From: a virus
Reading direction: 5' to 3' (one strand)
IMG/VR virus record: IMGVR_UViG_3300042868_005761
Location: 112,232-176,231 of that record
Length of the DNA: 64,000 bases
Part shown: positions 47,212-55,860 of the stretch, one piece after another
Numbering within the stretch: position 1 is the first letter of the stretch
How the letters are laid out: each line of letters begins with the position of its first letter
Position numbers and translations under genes: made by a program
The notes under the pieces: model-generated
Told to the model about the DNA's origin: nothing
What the model saw: the letters and a program-made list of their open reading frames with translations, nothing else
The model's database searches: none

Positions 47212-47661
47212 TTATCCTGCTAGGGTTGTCTCAGTCGCATTGATTTTGATTGTTGCCTCATTGAAAAAGTTTACACCATTTCCTTTAGGTACAAAAGTCT
47301 TTAACATAAGATATCTGCTTACTATAGCTCCAGGCTCAATATCTACTAGTGTAAGCGTATTGTTATATGGAAGGTTTTCCCAGTTCTGGTCTCTTATGTC
47401 TGCAGTTGCTGATTCCATTGGCATTAGCTGGTAAATAATTCCATTATTAGAAATAGGACCATTTACTACTCCATTAATAGAAACAGCTACTGATATGTTA
47501 GTATAGCCAAGATTCTCATTCGTATTCTGAAGAGTAAGAGTCTGATAGCGATAAGATCCATCAGTCGTATCATGGAAAGCTATTATCTTTGTATTTGTAT
47601 TGTCTACCATCTGCTCAGATAAGCCAGTTACTGGATCGTTAATATATAGGGCAAGCGCCAT
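47212..47661 (-). CDS. Hypothetical beta-rich protein
   Basis: 149 aa; RBS AAGGAG; in the operon. Confidence 0.6.
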   Translation of the reverse strand: MALALYINDPVTGLSEQMVDNTNTKIIAFHDTTDGSYRYQTLTLQNTNENLGYTNISVAVSINGVVNGPISNNGIIYQLMPMESATADIRDQNWENLPYNNTLTLVDIEPGAIVSRYLMLKTFVPKGNGVNFFNEATIKINATETTLAG

Positions 47662-47670
47662 TTAGACTCC

Positions 47671-49809
47671 TTATTTAATTGTTCGACCACTTGGTCTTTG
47701 ATAATTGTGACGAGAATTAAATACTGGAGCTATTGCTTGTCCCATATTTCCTTTCCCATCTCTAGTAACAATCATATCTCTTTCCCAAGCTCTTCTATCA
47801 AGGTCACTGTAGTGTTCTGTTGTTTTTTGGTAAGGACCAGTACCATTTTTTCTGCTATCTATAGCAGAGTTCCTTTCATTTTGCAAGTGCCTTAATAACT
47901 CTCCACCTGTTAATCTCTTAGCATGGGGATCTTGATTTTGTTCACTTAGAATTGAATGTCCAAGTGTTTCAGTTATTCCAAAGCTAGAAACCATATTCTT
48001 AGAAAGAGCCATTGGTCCTTCTTCTATAGTAAATGCAACAAGACTAAGCATAAATGCGTCAAGTGCGTGATCTCCAATACTTGTATTGTCTTGTCCAAAT
48101 ATAGGAGTTCCGTTTGGCTGACGAGACTTAATAATGTAGTTAAGTAATTGTTTTCTAAGCAAATCATCTTCAAATGAAAACTTAACAATCTTATCTTCAA
48201 AACGTCTGACTGCATTTTCTACTAGAAATGGCTTAGCAGGATGTTCAATTAGACGACCAGTAGACGGTTCTCTTATTGAGATTTTGCTACCAAAGTCATA
48301 TGCCTTAATCTTTCTCTGGACATTGAATTCATATGTTCCCGCTTTTTGCTGAGAAGACCACATCTTCAATGTTTCCCACTGAGTTGCTCCGTGACCTTTG
48401 TCAACGTAGATATGTTGTGGTTGCCAGAAACTAAGTAGTTCTGTTATTTTCTGTAGACCTTGTAGCTGAGTAAAGTTTTGCTTTGGTACGTTTATGATTT
48501 CCATTACCTGCAGACCAATCTGAGGATGAAATCCTGTAATGCATATCCAAGTACCAAAGCTAGTATTCCAGTCAACTCCAAGACTAAACCTAAAGCTAGA
48601 TAACTCTCCTTGCATCTTGGCTTCTCGCATTTGGCCGTAAGAATATCCTTCCATTGCACTAGTAACCAGAGGAGCAGCAAATACACCATCAGCATTACTA
48701 ATAAACATTGCCATAACTTCTTGTAACCAACCGTCACTAGTGTACTCTCTTCTCATTTCATTTCTAAGAGATTTCCAGTTAATCTTTGTCTGGGCAAAAG
48801 GTGTTTCGTCAATAACTGCTGTTGGGAAATAAAACTCTTTCCAATCTGGAGCCTCTTGGCACCACTCATAAAACTTACTACGAAGACCACTAGGAGTAGA
48901 AGCAACGCGAATTAGACAATCACTATGAGACTGAGCAATAGGTAGGATTGTTGTGAAATCCTTTTCGGTCATATAGTCGACCTCATCAAGAATTATAACG
49001 TGTGCGTCTTGACCACGAACTGCGCTAGCTCCATTGCTACCAGTAGTAAATCCAGAGATAATTGCACCGTTTTCTAATCTTATCTGGTGATAGGGAGATT
49101 GCTTATATCTAAATTCTTTTTTCAAACTAGAGTTACCATTAAGCAATTCAAGTATTCTGTTAAATATAGCTGTTACCTGAGAATCGAATGGGCAACAAAT
49201 AAGAATTTTAATTCCGTTGACATTCTCTCTTATTTCCTCGTCAAAGTATTCCCGGACTCTAGTAAAAGCATGAAAAAGTATCTCAATGGCAAGTGCATCT
49301 GATTTACCAGAACGTCTTCCAAATCTAAATACTTTCTTCTTGCTCTGACAACGAAGAGCAATCTCTTGATGTGCCCTAGGTTTCCATCCAAACATTTTGC
49401 TTGCAAATGTAACTGGATCAGTATTAATAACTAGCGCGTCCTTCTCTTCAGGAGAAAGTTCACTAGCAAACTCTGAATATTGCTCTAGATAATTCTCAGG
49501 AATTAAAGGACAACTAATCTGAAAAGGATGTGTAGCAAAAGCTTTAGGATCAGCTTTAACTTTCCTTTTACTTTCAATAGGATGGGTAGAATAGTCTTTC
49601 TTGTATTTTTCAATATGAGAGACTTGACAATTCTCACAGCCAGAAATACACTTAGCTCCAGACTTGGTTTTAGTTCTTAGTCCGTAGCTTTCAATGTACT
49701 CAGTAATTACACTCTTAGAAATTTTAGTCCAATAGTCCACATAAGATATGTCCGAACTCTCGGTGTCTACTTTCTTGTATAGGTCTTCTATTCTAAGTAT
49801 TTGATTCAT
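47671..49809 (-). CDS. terL: Terminase large subunit
   Basis: Walker A GRRSGKS, RGQDAHVIILDE (Walker B), VASTP coupling motif, nuclease LGVDW and DHALDA. Start placed at ATG 49809 (MNQILR), 1 nt after the upstream stop, rather than 49878. Confidence 0.92.
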   Translation of the reverse strand: MNQILRIEDLYKKVDTESSDISYVDYWTKISKSVITEYIESYGLRTKTKSGAKCISGCENCQVSHIEKYKKDYSTHPIESKRKVKADPKAFATHPFQISCPLIPENYLEQYSEFASELSPEEKDALVINTDPVTFASKMFGWKPRAHQEIALRCQSKKKVFRFGRRSGKSDALAIEILFHAFTRVREYFDEEIRENVNGIKILICCPFDSQVTAIFNRILELLNGNSSLKKEFRYKQSPYHQIRLENGAIISGFTTGSNGASAVRGQDAHVIILDEVDYMTEKDFTTILPIAQSHSDCLIRVASTPSGLRSKFYEWCQEAPDWKEFYFPTAVIDETPFAQTKINWKSLRNEMRREYTSDGWLQEVMAMFISNADGVFAAPLVTSAMEGYSYGQMREAKMQGELSSFRFSLGVDWNTSFGTWICITGFHPQIGLQVMEIINVPKQNFTQLQGLQKITELLSFWQPQHIYVDKGHGATQWETLKMWSSQQKAGTYEFNVQRKIKAYDFGSKISIREPSTGRLIEHPAKPFLVENAVRRFEDKIVKFSFEDDLLRKQLLNYIIKSRQPNGTPIFGQDNTSIGDHALDAFMLSLVAFTIEEGPMALSKNMVSSFGITETLGHSILSEQNQDPHAKRLTGGELLRHLQNERNSAIDSRKNGTGPYQKTTEHYSDLDRRAWERDMIVTRDGKGNMGQAIAPVFNSRHNYQRPSGRTIK

Positions 49810-49810
49810 A

Positions 49811-52800
49811 CTAATAAGATAGCATTGAAGACGTTCCATATATAGCAGTTGAACCTGAGTATCTTGCTTTTGGAGCACTCATCATATAACTTTCATTGCC
49901 TATAGCCTTCATTGCATTAAACCTTGAATTCTCCATTGCATTTATAGCTCTTTGCCTGACACTAGCTCCAATAGAACTTGACATTCCTGGTGTAGGCCCA
50001 CGGTTCCAAGAGATACCACCCATTCTACCTGACCTAATGTAGTCAGCGCCTTTATTCCTAACGTCAAAGACTTTGAAAGCAGTATATCCTGCGGCTGCTG
50101 CAACGGCACCACCAGTCAAGCCAATTGTCGGATTAAGAAGAGCTCCAGCAATAACTTTATTCTGTACCAGTCCAGTGGCAATACCAAGAGCTGTATTACC
50201 TACTCCTCCTAGTACACCTGACTGTCTATATCCTGATTTAAAATCTCCTATTGCGCCATAACCCATTAAAGCAGGAGCAATCATTGTAGACAGACCACCT
50301 GCCTTAACAAGTTGTTTATTCAGCCAACCATCACCAACTGAGTCTAGTAATTTAAAGCCATGATAACGTGCTCCATGGAAAAATTTAGCTATGCCAGTCG
50401 ATCTGCTGTGAGAGGTTGTAATGTAATTCTTCCAGCCTTGATACGCGTCATCAAGATTATTTGCGACTTGCCAAAAAGCCTCATCGGCGCGATAAACTGG
50501 ATGTACGTATCCAGATGTACCAAGAGCTTTACCAAAGAATGAGTCTAGGAAACTTGAAGGTTTGCCGCTTGGATCAAACCCACCAATTCTTCTGTTCAGT
50601 CCAAAGTCATTGATAACAGACCCGATACCAGCAAAGAAGCCTCTAGTAGTTAGATCTAGTTCGCCTTGAATAAATCTACTATTGTAGATTCTCGAACCAG
50701 TATTCCTATTAATTGTGCCACCACCTGGTCCGGACATAATATTTCCTAGTACACTTGGAATTTTGGCTGCTTTAGCTCCCTTATAGGCTGCAATACCTAA
50801 TCCTGTTGCAACACCTATCCCTCCTATTATAGCAGCGCCTGTTATCAGGGTAGAAGCTAATCCTCCCCCGCCACCTGCTGCTCCCGTCGCAGCAGAAGCT
50901 ACGCTTGGGAAAGCTGCTGCAGCCGCTCCTACGGCAATGCCTATTCCAAGGCCTTTTAATGATTTAAGTCTTCTTATTCTGTCAGGAGTAAGTTTAAATC
51001 TAGCTTTAATTTCTTTTTCTGCGGTTTGCAGTATTTTTCGAGACTTAGCGTTATCAGATCTAGAATGAAAATTTAAAGTTCTAGGCCTATCTAAGTGTCC
51101 AAATGGAAGTCCAGTTTCTGGGTCATTTTTTTTAATACCTAGCATCTTCGTAAGATGCTCCCGGGCCTTGTGTGGCTGTGAAGCTTCTTGAGTTCCAAAA
51201 AATTGTCTAAAAGTTTCAAAGAATGAAGAAATTTCTCTAGTTCTTCCAAGTGGGGTAGCAGCATCTCCGTTTGATGGAAATGCTTGTTGAATTTCTTTTA
51301 CAAAAGGATGACTAGGATGAGTACTATTTAACTGTTTGTACCCCCAGTCAAAAAAGCCATTGCCTCTGCTTAAGGCAAAACCTATATCCTCTGGAGTACC
51401 CTCTTCGCTTATAAGATAGCCAAATTCCGTTCCTACCTTCATCTCTCGTTGATGAGCGCCATTTCCAACGCAAAAATTGCCACCATATTTAATATTTATT
51501 GCATTAGCTCCTATTTGGGCTTCTTCAGCCGTGGCTAATCTAAGCTTTAATTTTTTACCTAAAAATTCACCAGAAGTTTCAATCTCTCTAGGCATATTAG
51601 TAGAAACATCGGTAGGAAGACCCGCTCTTAACCCAATCCAAGAATCTACAACATCATTTATATTTTTAATTCCTCCTAAAATACTTTGTTCATTCTTGCC
51701 CTTATTTTCAAAATAATAACTTAAAAATTGCCCATACCCACCAGCAAGAAAAGGTTTAATTGCAGCAGCTACCTCTCTACTAGTTGAGGCATCTATTTTT
51801 CCCATAATAGGATGCAGTCCTTCTTCAACCGCAGCCATTGCTGAGGGTGATTTAAATAAAAAATCTTGTAGTCCTGGGCTTGCACTAGGAAGAAAATGTG
51901 CAGCAGCAAGGTCTACGTCAGAAACACCTATAAAATCTCTACCAGTTGCGAGAGAAGTTCTATTTATCAAAGAATCCCCTGGAGATTTGCCAGCCCGTAA
52001 AGGCGCAGGCCTTCGACCTGCTACTGCTCCTATATCCCATTGGGAATCCGTAACTGAAGGTAGGACTTCTCGATCGCTAAAACCTTTCAAAACAAAAGGT
52101 AAATTTTTTCCCTTAACAAAAGGAAGTATAGCCTTGATTTCTCCCGGTAAAGAATCAATATTTTGTCCAATTTTATTTGCTCTTCCAGCAAAGTCTGAGA
52201 ATTCCATGAGAGAAAGATCTATTTGTCTACTCTCAGGTACAATTCCGAAAGCTTTAGCTTTTTTTGTTCTTTCTGGAACAGCTGCTGCAGTTTGAGACCA
52301 CTGAAGCAAGTCCTCATCTGTCACCGGAGTTTGCCAATATCTTTTTGCTGCTTTTAATTCTTCAGTATGATATGTTCTGCCTAAATGCTCAGCTTTTAGA
52401 GTCAATCCAACAGGTAACGCAGGAATTCTTTTTTCTGCAGTGCGAGGGTAGTCAAGTAACGCTTTTCCTGCATGATTTAGGCCAGCTCCACCTTCATCAT
52501 ATATCTGATCACTATTAGAAGGATCTATATATTCAAAAACTTTCATTACCGCTTCCATAGCGGGTCTATCATGGTAATCTAAAATAGCATCTGACATTCT
52601 CATGACTGGATTTGGGTCACCTAGTCCAGCAGATGAAATAGAAAACCTTGAAGTTTGCTTAAACGCGGTGTCATTAAAATGATACAAGGCACTAAAAACT
52701 CTATCCGCAGTTAAACCTTCTTCAGCCATCATAGGCGCAAATCTACGCCAATTTATTTCAAAATTGTTTCGAACGGATTGTCCATTTATCTGACCTGCTC

Positions 52801-53056
52801 TAGAAACTAAATTTCTATTTTGGCTTGTTTGTATTTCTTTAAAATTACTATCTGTAATAGCACCTTGCTCAAGATCATAAATATCTTTAATGCTGTTTGC
52901 ATTAAGTGTGTTAGAGGTGTTACTATATCTAGGGGATTTTGTTGCATCAGTAACCGTTTCCGCTATATCTGGAAAAATATTTTGCAAACGACTAATGTCT
53001 GCATTGCCAAGATACATCTCATCTATAACTTTTTTAAGATCTGGATTATCAGACAT
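49811..53056 (-). CDS. Putative internal virion/ejection protein, paralog B (variable N-terminus, conserved C-terminus)
   Basis: 1081 aa; the last ~300 aa are closely similar to those of 53070-55856; hydrophobic segments. Confidence 0.6.
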   Translation of the reverse strand: MSDNPDLKKVIDEMYLGNADISRLQNIFPDIAETVTDATKSPRYSNTSNTLNANSIKDIYDLEQGAITDSNFKEIQTSQNRNLVSRAGQINGQSVRNNFEINWRRFAPMMAEEGLTADRVFSALYHFNDTAFKQTSRFSISSAGLGDPNPVMRMSDAILDYHDRPAMEAVMKVFEYIDPSNSDQIYDEGGAGLNHAGKALLDYPRTAEKRIPALPVGLTLKAEHLGRTYHTEELKAAKRYWQTPVTDEDLLQWSQTAAAVPERTKKAKAFGIVPESRQIDLSLMEFSDFAGRANKIGQNIDSLPGEIKAILPFVKGKNLPFVLKGFSDREVLPSVTDSQWDIGAVAGRRPAPLRAGKSPGDSLINRTSLATGRDFIGVSDVDLAAAHFLPSASPGLQDFLFKSPSAMAAVEEGLHPIMGKIDASTSREVAAAIKPFLAGGYGQFLSYYFENKGKNEQSILGGIKNINDVVDSWIGLRAGLPTDVSTNMPREIETSGEFLGKKLKLRLATAEEAQIGANAINIKYGGNFCVGNGAHQREMKVGTEFGYLISEEGTPEDIGFALSRGNGFFDWGYKQLNSTHPSHPFVKEIQQAFPSNGDAATPLGRTREISSFFETFRQFFGTQEASQPHKAREHLTKMLGIKKNDPETGLPFGHLDRPRTLNFHSRSDNAKSRKILQTAEKEIKARFKLTPDRIRRLKSLKGLGIGIAVGAAAAAFPSVASAATGAAGGGGGLASTLITGAAIIGGIGVATGLGIAAYKGAKAAKIPSVLGNIMSGPGGGTINRNTGSRIYNSRFIQGELDLTTRGFFAGIGSVINDFGLNRRIGGFDPSGKPSSFLDSFFGKALGTSGYVHPVYRADEAFWQVANNLDDAYQGWKNYITTSHSRSTGIAKFFHGARYHGFKLLDSVGDGWLNKQLVKAGGLSTMIAPALMGYGAIGDFKSGYRQSGVLGGVGNTALGIATGLVQNKVIAGALLNPTIGLTGGAVAAAAGYTAFKVFDVRNKGADYIRSGRMGGISWNRGPTPGMSSSIGASVRQRAINAMENSRFNAMKAIGNESYMMSAPKARYSGSTAIYGTSSMLSY

Positions 53057-53980
53057 TTTAACCTCTTATTTAATAGGATAGTACTGGAGTTATCCCATGA
53101 ATTGCAGTTGAATTCGCATATCTACTCCTTGGTGCATTCATCATGTAACTCTCATTACCCATTGCTTTCATTGCATTGAATTTTGAGTTCTCCATAGAAT
53201 TAAGAGCCCGCTGTCTTGCCGTTGCTGCCATTGAGCCTGACATACCAGGTGTTGGGCCACGATTCCAAGACAAGCCACCCATTCTACCTGATCTTATATA
53301 GTTAGCACCTTCATTCCTGACATCAAAGATTTTGAATGCAGCATAGCCAGCTGCAGCTGTAATACCTGCACCAAGTAATCCAGTACCAGGATTCAAAAGA
53401 ATACCAGCAATAACTTTGTTTTGAACAAGACCACTTACAAGACCAGTCACAGTTTTAAAAGCACCACCAACCAAACCACCTCTCCTATAGCCTTCTTTGA
53501 AATCGCTCAAAGCTCCCTGGGCCATTAAAGCTGGTGCAATTAGAGTACTAAAACCGCCGGCTTTAACTAGTTGCTTATTCAACCACCCACCACCAACCGA
53601 ATCTAAAGCTTTAAAGCTATGGTATCTAACTCCTTGAAAAAGCTTACTAAGTCCGCTTGAATTCTGATATGAAGCATTGATATAACTTTTCCAACCTTGA
53701 TAGGCATCGTCCAGGTTGGTTGCTATTCTCCAATATGCTTCTTCTTTCCTAAATACAGGATGAACATATCCATCTTGCTTTAATGCTTTACCAAAAAGAG
53801 AATCAATAAAACTATCAGGTTTACCACTGGTATCAAAACTTCCTGTTCTTCTATTGAAACCAAAGTCGTTAATGACTGATCCAATGCCCGCAAAGAAACC
53901 CCTAGTAGTAAGGTCAAGTTCTTCTTGGACAAACGCACTATTATAGATACGAGATCCTCTGTTTCTATTTACTGTGCCTG
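49811..53980. repeat. Diverged ~0.9-kb direct repeat (49811-~50720 and 53070-~53980) forming the shared 3' ends of two genes
   Basis: Both encode NRNxGSRIYNS, ELDLTTRGFFAGIGSVINDFGxNRR, GWLNKQLVKAGG, FDVRNxGAxYIRSGRMGG and RFNAMKA/KFNAMKAxGNESYMM, ending in LSY. Confidence 0.9.
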
Positions 53981-55856
53981 CAGCCCCGGCTGCGGCACCT
54001 CCGCCTACTGCTCCTGCTGCACCAGCTGCCCCTCCAGCAGCAGGCCCTGCAGCACCCGCAGCTCCACCTCCTGTCACTCTTGGACTTGCCCCAGCTTTCC
54101 TTAACTTAGAGTAAGAATAAGCTCCAACTGCTCCAACAGTAACAACTCCCGCACCTACTGCTAAGGTACTACCTAATCCTCCATCAGTAGGACTAACTCC
54201 AGTAGACGCCGAAGCTACAGCAGGAACACCAATACCTAAGGCTAATGCTAATCCTCCAATTTTTGATATTTTGACTAATTTTCTAAGAGTATCATGGCCG
54301 CCACTAAACGTGCGTCTCAGTTCAGCTACACTATCTTTTACTTTATAAACCCCCGGATGACTGCTACTTAAACCCATTCTGACAAAATCATCTGCTTGGT
54401 CTACAAGCTTTCCTATAGGTTTTGAATTTTCAATTATATTTTCTTTTATTTGCTTGGGAGAAAGTCCAGAACTAATTGCATCATCAATAGTACCCCGAGT
54501 GTTTCTAACTTCAAGTTGATCAACTTCATCATACTTGTCTACTTGATAAGGATTCTGAGGATAAACAGGGAGTGTTTCATTTCCAGAAAGCTGATTTTTA
54601 TGCAGAAAAGAATCAAGATCTATTGCATCTTCGGAGCTCCCTGTTAATGTTCTTAATTTGCGCCTAAACTCATCAATCTCAGGAGTCCATTCTGCAGCTC
54701 TTAGTTTTTCAAGTGGAGTGCCATCTCCTGGCATCTCAGCTGCCCTACCTAGAAGATCTTCATTCTTTTTGAAAAGCTCTTCAATGCTATCTACAACCCC
54801 AGGTTGTCCTACAATTGTATGTTGAAATGGCGCAGTATGCTTGTTATTTCCTCCTAAAGTTACTGTTCTCTGAACTAAATTACCGGAATCAATTTGAGCA
54901 TTAATTGATTTCCTTATTGCAAGAGGACTTTTGTCTTTTGTATCTGTCTCAGCAAACCAACTTCTTTTGAGATCGTCCTCTCCTCCAAATCTTACATGAG
55001 CAGGTTTCTTACCTTGAGCTACTAGATCAAGGTGAGCGGGAGTCGAAAGTGCACGTCCTCCTTTTGCCATCCTAGCTATTCTTTCTTTTACTTCCGGGTT
55101 GTCAAGTGGAAGTATTGCTGTATCTTTCATTATTGATGGCTGGACTTTAACCGGACTATACTCATCAGTTCTAGCCTTATACCAAGCGCCCCAAGTTGGG
55201 AATTCCGATTCGCTATTCGAAACATCTAAAAAAGGATATTTCTTTTTTACATCCGCAGGATAACAACATTGCACAAAAGAACCCCGAAGTTTTTCAACTT
55301 CCTCTGGATGTAACTGTTGTTCTGGAGCTATACTACCGCCTGTGTATAAATCTCCACTTTTATCTCCATGCAAAACTTTACCTGGATATGTTTGCTTTCC
55401 GGTCTCCGTAACAGTGCTAGCATCAGCATTACCACTGCGAGCTCGCCAATGGCTAGGAGCGGTAACGTCCGCAAAACGTCCTTCAACATAACCGTGCTCT
55501 TTAAATTGTCTCTGGCCTATATCTGCAAGGCTCAAATATTCATCAGGCTGACGAACTGTATTAAGGCTATGAACTTCAAGATTTGTACTACTAAAACGTA
55601 ATTGCTCTTCTCTTGTACCTGCAAAATCTGCAGGAGCAAGGTCACTCATATCATTAAATAGCCGCAATTGTTGACCAAAATTATAGTCTTGTCTTTTGGT
55701 TAAAAAATCTTTAACGTCAGGAACATTCTCCCAAGCAGATCTAAGCGGACCAACACCTTGGCTAGTATCTACACCTTGACTTTTAAAGAAATCAAGAGCA
55801 TCATTACTGCCTACAAACTCATCAAAAGGAATAAGTTTTCCGTCTCTAAAAAACAT
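53070..55856 (-). CDS. Putative internal virion/ejection protein, paralog A
   Basis: 928 aa; unrelated N-terminus, then the same hydrophobic segments and conserved C-terminal domain as 49811-53056. Confidence 0.6.
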   Translation of the reverse strand: MFFRDGKLIPFDEFVGSNDALDFFKSQGVDTSQGVGPLRSAWENVPDVKDFLTKRQDYNFGQQLRLFNDMSDLAPADFAGTREEQLRFSSTNLEVHSLNTVRQPDEYLSLADIGQRQFKEHGYVEGRFADVTAPSHWRARSGNADASTVTETGKQTYPGKVLHGDKSGDLYTGGSIAPEQQLHPEEVEKLRGSFVQCCYPADVKKKYPFLDVSNSESEFPTWGAWYKARTDEYSPVKVQPSIMKDTAILPLDNPEVKERIARMAKGGRALSTPAHLDLVAQGKKPAHVRFGGEDDLKRSWFAETDTKDKSPLAIRKSINAQIDSGNLVQRTVTLGGNNKHTAPFQHTIVGQPGVVDSIEELFKKNEDLLGRAAEMPGDGTPLEKLRAAEWTPEIDEFRRKLRTLTGSSEDAIDLDSFLHKNQLSGNETLPVYPQNPYQVDKYDEVDQLEVRNTRGTIDDAISSGLSPKQIKENIIENSKPIGKLVDQADDFVRMGLSSSHPGVYKVKDSVAELRRTFSGGHDTLRKLVKISKIGGLALALGIGVPAVASASTGVSPTDGGLGSTLAVGAGVVTVGAVGAYSYSKLRKAGASPRVTGGGAAGAAGPAAGGAAGAAGAVGGGAAAGAAGTVNRNRGSRIYNSAFVQEELDLTTRGFFAGIGSVINDFGFNRRTGSFDTSGKPDSFIDSLFGKALKQDGYVHPVFRKEEAYWRIATNLDDAYQGWKSYINASYQNSSGLSKLFQGVRYHSFKALDSVGGGWLNKQLVKAGGFSTLIAPALMAQGALSDFKEGYRRGGLVGGAFKTVTGLVSGLVQNKVIAGILLNPGTGLLGAGITAAAGYAAFKIFDVRNEGANYIRSGRMGGLSWNRGPTPGMSGSMAATARQRALNSMENSKFNAMKAMGNESYMMNAPRSRYANSTAIHGITPVLSY

Positions 55857-55860
55857 AACT

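Noticed and set aside
47671-49809. Intein or intron in terminase
   Set aside because: ATPase and nuclease motifs are normally spaced; no intein termini or homing endonuclease motifs seen.
49810-49878. Longer terL start given in the ORF track
   Set aside because: It overlaps the conserved 3' end of the upstream gene by 68 nt; ATG 49809 directly after the stop is more plausible.
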